This document shows, piece after piece, positions 56,978 to 64,000 of a stretch of DNA of 64,000 nt (positions are counted from its first letter, which is position 1; each line of letters opens with the position of its first letter). The position numbers were made by a program, and so were the translations under genes. The notes under the pieces are model-generated. The model saw nothing but the letters and a program-made list of their open reading frames with translations, had not been told where the DNA came from and searched no databases. Source of the DNA: Escherichia phage D5505; the sequence record MK327929.1; one strand, written 5' to 3'.

Positions 56978-58093
56978 ATGGAAAAATTTATGGCAGAGTT
57001 TGGACAAGGATATGTCCAAACGCCATTTTTATCGGAAAGCAATTCAGTAAGATATAAAATAAGCATAGCGGGTTCTTGCCCGCTTTCTACTGCGGGGCCA
57101 TATGTTAAATTTCAGGATAATCCCGTTGGAAATCAAACATTTAGTGCAGGTCTTCATTTAAGAGTTTTTGACCCTTCTACAGGAGCATTAGTTGATAGTA
57201 AGTCATATGCTTTTTCTGCTTCAAACAATACAACATCTGCCGCTTTTGTTAGTTTCATGAATTCTTTGTCAAACAATAGACTTGTTGCTATATTAACTAG
57301 CGGAAAGGTTAATTTTCCTCCTGAAGTGGTATCTTGGTTAAGGGGAGCAGGAACTTCAGTTTTTCCATCAGATTCAGTATTGTCAAGATTTGACGTGTCA
57401 TATGCTGCTTTTTACACTTCTTCTAAAAGAGCTATCGCATTAGAGCATGTTAAACTAAGTAATAGAAAAAGCACAGATGACTATCAAACTATGTTAGATG
57501 TTGTATTTGATAGTTTAGAAGACGTCGGAGCTACAGGATTTCCTAAAAGAACATACGAAAGCGTTGAGCAATTTATGTCTGCGGTTGGTGGAACTAATAA
57601 CGAAATTGCGCGATTGCCAACTTCAGCTGCTATAAGTAAACTTTCTGACTACAATTTAATTCCTGGTGATGTTCTTTATCTTAAAGCACAACTATATGCT
57701 GATGCTGATTTACTTGATCTTGGAACTGCAAATATATCTATTCGTTTTTATGATGCATCAAATGGATATATTTCCTCGACCCAAGCTGAGTTTACTGGGC
57801 AAGCTGGGTCTTGGGAATTAAAAGAAGATTATGTAGTTGTTCCTGAAAATGCAGTAGGATTTACGATATATGCACAAAGAACTGCCCAAGCAGGTCAAGG
57901 CGGCATGAGAAATTTAAGCTTTTCTGAAGTATCAAGAAATGGCGGAATTTCAAAACCTGCTGAATTTGGTGTCAATGGTATTCGTGTTAATTATATCGGT
58001 GAATCCTCTTTACCTCCAGATATAATGGTACTTCCTACACAGGCATCGTCTAAAACTGGTAAAGTGTTTGGACAGGAATTTAGAGAAGTTTAA
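56978..58093 (+). CDS. 35: long tail fibre hinge protein gp35
   Basis: 371-aa ORF; T4 gp35 ~372 aa; synteny. Confidence 0.85.
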   Translation: MEKFMAEFGQGYVQTPFLSESNSVRYKISIAGSCPLSTAGPYVKFQDNPVGNQTFSAGLHLRVFDPSTGALVDSKSYAFSASNNTTSAAFVSFMNSLSNNRLVAILTSGKVNFPPEVVSWLRGAGTSVFPSDSVLSRFDVSYAAFYTSSKRAIALEHVKLSNRKSTDDYQTMLDVVFDSLEDVGATGFPKRTYESVEQFMSAVGGTNNEIARLPTSAAISKLSDYNLIPGDVLYLKAQLYADADLLDLGTANISIRFYDASNGYISSTQAEFTGQAGSWELKEDYVVVPENAVGFTIYAQRTAQAGQGGMRNLSFSEVSRNGGISKPAEFGVNGIRVNYIGESSLPPDIMVLPTQASSKTGKVFGQEFREV

Positions 58094-58098
58094 ACTGA

Positions 58099-58116
58099 GG
58101 GAGCCTTCGGGTTCCT
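58099..58116 (+). terminator. terminator after gene 35 (GGGAGCC-UUCG-GGUUCCU + U-tract)
   Basis: Stem with G.U pairs, UUCG loop, followed by TTTTTTCTTT. Confidence 0.6.
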
Positions 58117-58124
58117 TTTTTCTT

Positions 58125-58132
58125 TATAAATA
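58125..58132 (+). promoter_or_regulatory. late promoter TATAAATA (gene 36)
   Basis: Exact TATAAATA ~25 nt upstream of gene 36. Confidence 0.6.
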
Positions 58133-58155
58133 ATATTAAAATAAAGGGGCATACA

Positions 58156-58806
58156 ATGGCTGATTTAAAAGTAGGTTCAACTGTAGGTGGATCTGTCATT
58201 TGGCATCAAGGAAATTTTCCGTTGAATTCAGCCGGTGACGATGTACTCTACAAATCATTTAAAATATATTCAGAATATAATAAACCACAGGCAGCTGATA
58301 ATGATTTCGTTTCTAAATCTACTGGTGGTACTTACACAGGCCCAGTTACTATTAATTATGGTGTAAATAGTTATCTTCAATTAAGTAATAATGAAACCCC
58401 CATCCGAATTCGTTCTGGTGGCGGCACTGGCAATACTCTTGTAGTTGGTGGCTCTTCTGGCGGTATTAGTTTTAGACCAGCAGGTAGTGAAATCACTACT
58501 GGACAAATTACTATTACGCCAGAAGGTTTGACAACATTTACCAAAGCTGTAAAGGCTCCATCTGTAACTGTTACATCTACTCCTTCCGCAGCATCTGATG
58601 CTACTCGTAAAGATTATGTTGATGGAGCAATAAATACTGTTACAGCAAATGCAAACTCTAGGGTATTACGCTCTGGAGACACTATGACAGGAAATTTAAC
58701 TGCGCCAAACCTTTTTTCACAGAATCCTGCATCTCAACCTTCACACGTTCCACGATTTGACCAAATCGTAATTAAGGATTCTGTTCAAGATTTCGGCTAT
58801 TATTAA
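58156..58806 (+). CDS. 36: long tail fibre distal connector gp36
   Basis: 216-aa ORF; T4 gp36 ~221 aa; synteny. Confidence 0.85.
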   Translation: MADLKVGSTVGGSVIWHQGNFPLNSAGDDVLYKSFKIYSEYNKPQAADNDFVSKSTGGTYTGPVTINYGVNSYLQLSNNETPIRIRSGGGTGNTLVVGGSSGGISFRPAGSEITTGQITITPEGLTTFTKAVKAPSVTVTSTPSAASDATRKDYVDGAINTVTANANSRVLRSGDTMTGNLTAPNLFSQNPASQPSHVPRFDQIVIKDSVQDFGYY

Positions 58807-58814
58807 GAGGACTT

Positions 58815-61760
58815 ATGGCTACTTTAAAACAAATACAATTTAAAAGAAGCAAAACTGCAGGTCAACGTCCTGCTGCTTCAGTATTAGCCGAAGGTGAATT
58901 GGCTATAAACTTAAAAGATAAAACAATTTTCACAAAAGATGACTCAGGTAGTGTTATAGAATTAGGTTTAAAATATGGAGGAACTATAAATGGGTCTTTA
59001 GAGGTTACAGAAAATATAACTGGAACTTTAATTGGAAATTCTAGCACAGCTACTAAATTGCAAACACCTAGGAAAATTAATGGTATATCTTTTGATGGGT
59101 CAAAGGACATTACCTTAACTCCATCTGACATAAATGTCAATAGCACAACATTTATAAAAAATAATGGCGAATTACCTACTGATGCTAATTTAGATACGTA
59201 TGGGCCCATTGAAGAATATCTTGGTGTTTGGTCGAAATCTACTTCAACAAATGCGCAACCAGCAAATAAATTCCCAGAAGAAAATGCCGTAGGTGTACTA
59301 GAAGTGTTTGTGGCCGGCCAATTTGCTGGCACTCAGCGTTATACTGTAAGATCTGGTAACGTCTATATTCGTTCCTTATCTGCTAAATGGAATGGCGTCG
59401 ATGGTCCATGGGGTGTGTGGCGTAATGTTCAAGCGTCAACTCGTCCACTTTCACAAACGATTGACCTTGATAGCTTGGGAGAATTAGAACATTGTGGCTT
59501 ATGGCGAAACAGTTCAAGCGCAATCGCATCATTTGATCGCCATTATCCAGAAGAAGGATCAGCCGCACAAGGATTTTTAGAAATATTTGAAGGTGGTTTA
59601 TACACGAGAACTCAGCGTTATACTACCCGCATGGGTATGGTTTATACTCGTTGTCTCGCTGCTGCATGGGATGCTAGTGCACCTAAGTGGGAGGAATGGA
59701 AGCAGGTTGGTCATGGCACACCAGCGACTTTCTATGATGGTGACCTTAATGATTTTAAAACTCCTGGGTTATATAATATTTTAGGCACCGATGCCGTTAT
59801 TAACTGCCCTACAGGTGAAGGTTTGCCGCCTGTTATTGTTGGTTTGCTGGAAGTTAAACAGCGTGCTTCTGGTGGTGCTATTTTCCAAAAATTTACTACT
59901 GCCGGAACAGGCGCAACTACTCGCGGACGTATTTTTGAGCGTGCATATACTGGTGGTGCGTGGGGTGCATGGAACGAAGTATATACATCTTACTCTCTGC
60001 CAATTACTTTGGGTATGGGTGGTATTAAAGCTCAATTAGCGGAGTTAGATTGGCAAACCTTTGATTTTGTTCCTGGTAGTATGTTTAGCGTTCCTTTAAA
60101 CAAAATAAAGAACATGCCAGCAAATATGGATTGGGGGACGATTGACGGAAACTTGGTTATGTTTTCCGTTGGTCCTAGCGAACACACTGGCACAGGGCGT
60201 ACTGTTCAGGTTTGGCGCGGTACTGTATCCCAGACAAACTACCGTTATTTCGTTGTTCGTATCGCTGGTAATCCAGGAAGTAGGACTAATACTTGTCGCC
60301 GTGTTGTTCTTGAAGACGGATCACATACTTGGACTGCTCAACAAAACTTTAGGGGATTGCTGAATATCACTGCTGCTGTTAATCTTGGTGCTAATCAGAA
60401 AATTTCACTTGCTCCAGGAGCATATATTCAAGCCCCTGCTAGCGGTTCTGGTTCTAATACTTACGCAAATCAGAATACTACCATTGCGCCATTATATCAG
60501 GCTATTGACGATTCAAATAAAAACCAGTTTGCGCCAATTGTTAAACAGAAAAATACTGTAAGTAATATCACCTTTGCCACTGGTATGGCTATAGGTACAT
60601 CCGAATATAAGATCATTGCTCAGGGTGATTTATCCGCTGATGGAACAGCAGATGGGTTAAAACAGTGGACTTTCATGCCGTCAGGTTATTTTAAATCTCC
60701 AGGGCGTGTATATGTCGGTGATGCGTTCCTTAATACAGATGGTAATATTGCCGGTTCAATCTGGAAGAAATATAACAATGCGACAAATTTAGATGCTGCC
60801 TTGAATACTCGCGTAGGTAAAGGCGGTGATACGATGACAGGTCGGTTAACAATCAATGCACCTAATGATTCTATTGTATTATCAACGACTGCTAGTAATT
60901 CTTTGCATATTCGTGGTGACATAGACGGGACTGGTAACTGGTATATTGGTAAGGGTGGTGCTGATAATTCGCTAGCATTTTATAGCTATGCTTCTCAGGC
61001 GGCAGTACATATCACAAACAATGGTGAGATTGCGTTAAACCCGCAAAATACCGCAATGGTTAACGTTAACCGTGACCGTGTACACATTAACGGTTCTGGA
61101 TGGATTGCTAGACAACCGGGTGATTGGGGCAACCAATGGCGAGTAGAAGCTCCATTATTCGTTGATCATGGTTATGTTTCACAGGATTGTTATTATCCTA
61201 TTCTTAAAGCAAGAAGCGTTATAACCAATCAAGGATATAGCACCGCTGTTGACTTTGGTATGCGTCGTATTCCATCACAGTGGGGGCAAGCAATCATTCG
61301 TGTCGGATCCACGGAGGCTTCTCCTGATGCTGGACACCCACAAGCTGTGTTTGAATTCCATCATGATGGATTCTTTTATACACCAGGAAATGGTAGCTTT
61401 AGCGATGTGTATATTCGTTCTGACTCCCGTCTCAAGATTAATAAAGAAGAATTAGAATATGGAGCGGTCGAAAAAGTTTGCCGACTGAAAGTTTATATTT
61501 ACGATAAAGTTAAGTCTATTAAAGACCGTAGTGTTATTAAACGTGAAGTTGGTATTATTGCTCAGGACCTTGAAAAGGAATTACCGGAAGCTGTATCTAA
61601 AGTTGAAGTTGATGGATCTGATGTTCTGACAATTTCTAACTCTGCTGTGAATGCTCTTTTAATTAAGGCTATTCAGGAAATGAGTGAAGAAATTAAAGAA
61701 TTGAAAACGCCTCTCTTTACTAAAATTGTTCGCAAAATTAGTAAATATTTTAAATTCTAA
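58815..61760 (+). CDS. 37: long tail fibre distal subunit gp37 (T2/T6-type, with probable C-terminal intramolecular chaperone domain)
   Basis: 981-aa ORF; N-terminus [13 protein letters not shown]... conserved with T4 gp37; lacks T4 His-rich tip; C-terminal ...[18 protein letters not shown]... resembles auto-cleaving chaperone domains. Confidence 0.85.
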   Translation: MATLKQIQFKRSKTAGQRPAASVLAEGELAINLKDKTIFTKDDSGSVIELGLKYGGTINGSLEVTENITGTLIGNSSTATKLQTPRKINGISFDGSKDITLTPSDINVNSTTFIKNNGELPTDANLDTYGPIEEYLGVWSKSTSTNAQPANKFPEENAVGVLEVFVAGQFAGTQRYTVRSGNVYIRSLSAKWNGVDGPWGVWRNVQASTRPLSQTIDLDSLGELEHCGLWRNSSSAIASFDRHYPEEGSAAQGFLEIFEGGLYTRTQRYTTRMGMVYTRCLAAAWDASAPKWEEWKQVGHGTPATFYDGDLNDFKTPGLYNILGTDAVINCPTGEGLPPVIVGLLEVKQRASGGAIFQKFTTAGTGATTRGRIFERAYTGGAWGAWNEVYTSYSLPITLGMGGIKAQLAELDWQTFDFVPGSMFSVPLNKIKNMPANMDWGTIDGNLVMFSVGPSEHTGTGRTVQVWRGTVSQTNYRYFVVRIAGNPGSRTNTCRRVVLEDGSHTWTAQQNFRGLLNITAAVNLGANQKISLAPGAYIQAPASGSGSNTYANQNTTIAPLYQAIDDSNKNQFAPIVKQKNTVSNITFATGMAIGTSEYKIIAQGDLSADGTADGLKQWTFMPSGYFKSPGRVYVGDAFLNTDGNIAGSIWKKYNNATNLDAALNTRVGKGGDTMTGRLTINAPNDSIVLSTTASNSLHIRGDIDGTGNWYIGKGGADNSLAFYSYASQAAVHITNNGEIALNPQNTAMVNVNRDRVHINGSGWIARQPGDWGNQWRVEAPLFVDHGYVSQDCYYPILKARSVITNQGYSTAVDFGMRRIPSQWGQAIIRVGSTEASPDAGHPQAVFEFHHDGFFYTPGNGSFSDVYIRSDSRLKINKEELEYGAVEKVCRLKVYIYDKVKSIKDRSVIKREVGIIAQDLEKELPEAVSKVEVDGSDVLTISNSAVNALLIKAIQEMSEEIKELKTPLFTKIVRKISKYFKF

Positions 61761-61766
61761 CAACAA

Positions 61767-61781
61767 GGGGGAAATGCCCCC
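61767..61781 (+). terminator. stem-loop GGGGG-AAATG-CCCCC after gene 37
   Basis: 5-bp G/C stem followed by TTTGG and the gene 38 SD. Confidence 0.5.
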
Positions 61782-61796
61782 TTTGGAGTATAAATT

Positions 61797-62576
61797 ATGG
61801 CAGTAGTTGGTGTTCCTGGTTGGATTGGAAGTTCAGCCGCAAATGAAACAGGACAGCGCTGGATGAGTCAAGCGGCTGGTCAATTAAGATTGGGTGTTCC
61901 TTGCTGGATGAGTCAATTTGCAGGTCGCTCACGAGAAATTATTCACACGCTTGGAGCAGACCATAACTTCAATGGTCAATGGTTCCGAGATAGATGTTTT
62001 GAGGCAGGTAGTGCACCTATAGTGTTTAATATTACAGGTGATTTAGTATCATATTCTAAAGATGTTCCTTTATTCTTCATGTACGGAGATACACCAAATG
62101 AATATGTTCAGTTAAATATACATGGCGTAACGATGTATGGTCGTGGAGGTAATGGTGGTAGCAATAGTCCTGGCTCAGCTGGGGGTCATTGTATTCAAAA
62201 CGATATTGGTGGGAGACTAAGAATTAATAATGGTGGAGCTATTGCTGGCGGTGGCGGTGGCGGTGGCGGCGGATATTATTCTCCTTTTTCACAAATGAGA
62301 TTAACCTTTGGCGGTGGTGGGCGTCCGTTTGGTGCACCTGGCGGATCTATTGATATGCAATCAGGCGCAACTGCTGGTACTATTTCTGCACCTGGCTCAG
62401 GATCCGTGAATGGTATCTATAATGGTGGAAACGGTGGTGAAGTAGGTTCCGCGGGAGGTAGATGCAATATTCGCGGTCAAGGATCTGAATATAATGGCGG
62501 CGCTGCTGGTTATGCTGTCATAGGGTCTGCTCCAACGTGGCAAAATGTTGGAGCAATATATGGTCCAAGAGTATAA
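61797..62576 (+). CDS. 38: receptor-binding adhesin gp38 (T2/T6-type, glycine-rich motifs)
   Basis: 259-aa ORF with poly-Gly blocks (GGGGGGGGG, GGGG) separating variable segments; T4 gp38 is a ~183-aa chaperone instead. Confidence 0.85.
   Translation: MAVVGVPGWIGSSAANETGQRWMSQAAGQLRLGVPCWMSQFAGRSREIIHTLGADHNFNGQWFRDRCFEAGSAPIVFNITGDLVSYSKDVPLFFMYGDTPNEYVQLNIHGVTMYGRGGNGGSNSPGSAGGHCIQNDIGGRLRINNGGAIAGGGGGGGGGYYSPFSQMRLTFGGGGRPFGAPGGSIDMQSGATAGTISAPGSGSVNGIYNGGNGGEVGSAGGRCNIRGQGSEYNGGAAGYAVIGSAPTWQNVGAIYGPRV
62251..62277 (+). repeat. (GGY)9 trinucleotide run encoding Gly9 in gene 38
   Basis: GGCGGTGGCGGTGGCGGTGGCGGCGGA. Confidence 0.85.
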
Positions 62577-62606
62577 TGTGAATAAATACCCTTAAAAGGA
62601 GGGTCT

Positions 62607-63263
62607 ATGGCAGCACCTAGAATATCATTTTCGCCCTCTGATATTCTGTTTGGTGTTCTAGATCGCTTGTTCAAAGATAACGCTACCGGGAAGGTTCTTG
62701 CTTCCCGAGTAGCTGTCGTAATTCTTTTATTTATGATGGCGATTGTTTGGTATAGGGGAGATAGTTTCTTTGAGTACTATAAGCAATCAAAGTATGAAAC
62801 ATACAGTGAAATTATTGAAAAGGAAAGAAATGCACGCTTTGAATCTGTCGCCCTGGAACAACTCCAGATAGTTCATATATCATCTGAGGCAGACTTTAGT
62901 GCGGTGTATTCTTTCCGCCCTAAAAACTTAAACTATTTTGTTGATATTATAGCATATGAAGGAAAATTACCTTCAACAATAAGTGAAAAATCACTTGGAG
63001 GATATCCTGTTGATAAAACTATGGATGAATATACAGTTCATTTAAATGGACGTCATTATTATTCCGACTCAAAATTTGCTTTTTTACCAACTAAAAAGCC
63101 TACTCCCGAAATAAACTACATGTACAGTTGTCCATATTTTAATTTGGATAATATCTATGCTGGAACAATAACCATGTACTGGTATAGAAATGATCATATA
63201 AGTAATGACCGCCTTGAATCAATATGTGCTCAGGCGGCCAGAATATTAGGAAGGGCTAAATAA
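62607..63263 (+). CDS. t: holin T
   Basis: 218-aa ORF; single N-terminal TM segment (VAVVILLFMMAIVWY) and large periplasmic domain; T4 T length. Confidence 0.9.
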   Translation: MAAPRISFSPSDILFGVLDRLFKDNATGKVLASRVAVVILLFMMAIVWYRGDSFFEYYKQSKYETYSEIIEKERNARFESVALEQLQIVHISSEADFSAVYSFRPKNLNYFVDIIAYEGKLPSTISEKSLGGYPVDKTMDEYTVHLNGRHYYSDSKFAFLPTKKPTPEINYMYSCPYFNLDNIYAGTITMYWYRNDHISNDRLESICAQAARILGRAK

Positions 63264-63536
63264 TTATTTGTTCGTATACATCTCTAGATATCGATATACA
63301 CCCTCAAAACCCTCGTTGAATTCGTCGATGAGGGTTTTCTTATCTTCTTGAGTTAATTCAGAAACAATTTTACGGAATGAATTCTGATTTAACTTTCTAC
63401 CTTCATGTGTTACTCCAATCTCATTCAGAAATGCAATAAAATTAGCACGATTTTCAACAATATCTTCTCTGGAAAATTTAATCAAAATAGACGCAACAGT
63501 AATAATTTCACGAACTGTATCAATGTTTTTATTCAT
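63264..63536 (-). CDS. asiA: anti-sigma70 factor AsiA
   Basis: 90-aa ORF MNKNIDTVREIITVASILIKFSRE... = T4 AsiA. Confidence 0.9.
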   Translation of the reverse strand: MNKNIDTVREIITVASILIKFSREDIVENRANFIAFLNEIGVTHEGRKLNQNSFRKIVSELTQEDKKTLIDEFNEGFEGVYRYLEMYTNK

Positions 63537-63545
63537 TAACTATAC

Positions 63546-63701
63546 CACTCAATTAGTTGACTTTGTTATAATATCATCAGACACTTGATTTGTAAACTGG
63601 TCTGTGTTATTTTCTTCAAAAATTTTTTCTACGAATTCCTTGAACGACTCGCGTTCCTGAGCTACATTATGCTCGATTACCATTTCAAGATTATGACTCA
63701 T
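63546..63701 (-). CDS. hypothetical 51-aa acidic protein (below ORF-track cutoff)
   Basis: Hand-translated MSHNLEMVIEHNVAQERESFKEFVEKIFEENN...; ATG directly follows arn stop. Confidence 0.4.
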
Positions 63702-63976
63702 TCGAAATAATCTTCAATTTCGTAATCATGGACATAAATCATTATAGTTTTTAATACATCATCAATACTTTTTCCTGGAGCTGGAATTACGTAAAAATAT
63801 CCTGCTTTTGAGAGGTCTTTATAAGTTCCAACCAAGAAATCATTATTCTCGAGATGTAATTCTTCAACTAATTCATTAACAATTGAATGGTATAAATTTG
63901 GTAGAAACTTATATAGCTTTTCTAGAATATCAATTTTGATTGTATATTGAACCACAGATTGAGAATCAATAATCAT
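63698..63976 (-). CDS. arn: Arn-like anti-restriction protein (McrBC inhibitor)
   Basis: 92-aa acidic ORF adjacent to asiA, as T4 arn (92 aa); AAGGGGAAGG SD upstream. Confidence 0.65.
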   Translation of the reverse strand: MIIDSQSVVQYTIKIDILEKLYKFLPNLYHSIVNELVEELHLENNDFLVGTYKDLSKAGYFYVIPAPGKSIDDVLKTIMIYVHDYEIEDYFE

Positions 63977-64000
63977 AGACCTTCCCCTTATGTTTCTGTT

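Noticed and set aside
59383-60363. Short ORFs on both strands inside gene 37
   Set aside because: Fully embedded in the 981-aa gp37 ORF in other frames; no start context.

Overview
The window is a contiguous ~64-kb block of a T-even (T4-like, Tequatrovirus-type) myovirus genome, AT-rich and gene-dense, colinear with phage T4 from the 3' end of terminase gene 17 through arn. Plus strand: late structural genes 18-19-20-67-68-21-22-23-24, preceded by TATAAATA late promoters. Then rnlB-hoc-inh (-), uvsW (+), uvsY (-), baseplate genes 25/26 (-) and 51-27-28-29-48-54 (+). A long minus-strand early/middle block follows: two tandem alt-like ADP-ribosyltransferase genes, DNA ligase 30 and the 30.x accessory cluster, rIII, 31, cd, pseT, spanins, alc, rnlA, denA, nrdB, nrdA, td (split by a 1016-nt group I intron carrying I-TevI), frd, 32, 59, 33, dsbA, rnh. 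The window ends with long-tail-fibre genes 34-35-36-37-38 (+), holin t, and asiA/arn (-). Differences from reference T4 as I recall it: T2/T6-type gp37/gp38 adhesin module, intronless nrdB, no free-standing homing-endonuclease genes at the junctions here, and an extra 68-codon ORF between frd and td. Main anomalies: (i) gene 34 is broken by a perfect 55-bp tandem duplication; (ii) a GC-enriched ~355-bp non-coding spacer between rIII and a small basic-protein gene; (iii) a small accessory gene whose ATG/SD and body lie in different frames across an AAAAATTTT run; (iv) identical 54-bp early promoter/RBS cassettes at two loci 15.9 kb apart. I found no rRNA, tRNA, CRISPR array or integrase, and no clearly novel multi-gene system. 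Product names come from my recognition of T4 homologues and motifs, not from a database search. Coordinates of non-ORF features may be off by 1-2 nt.
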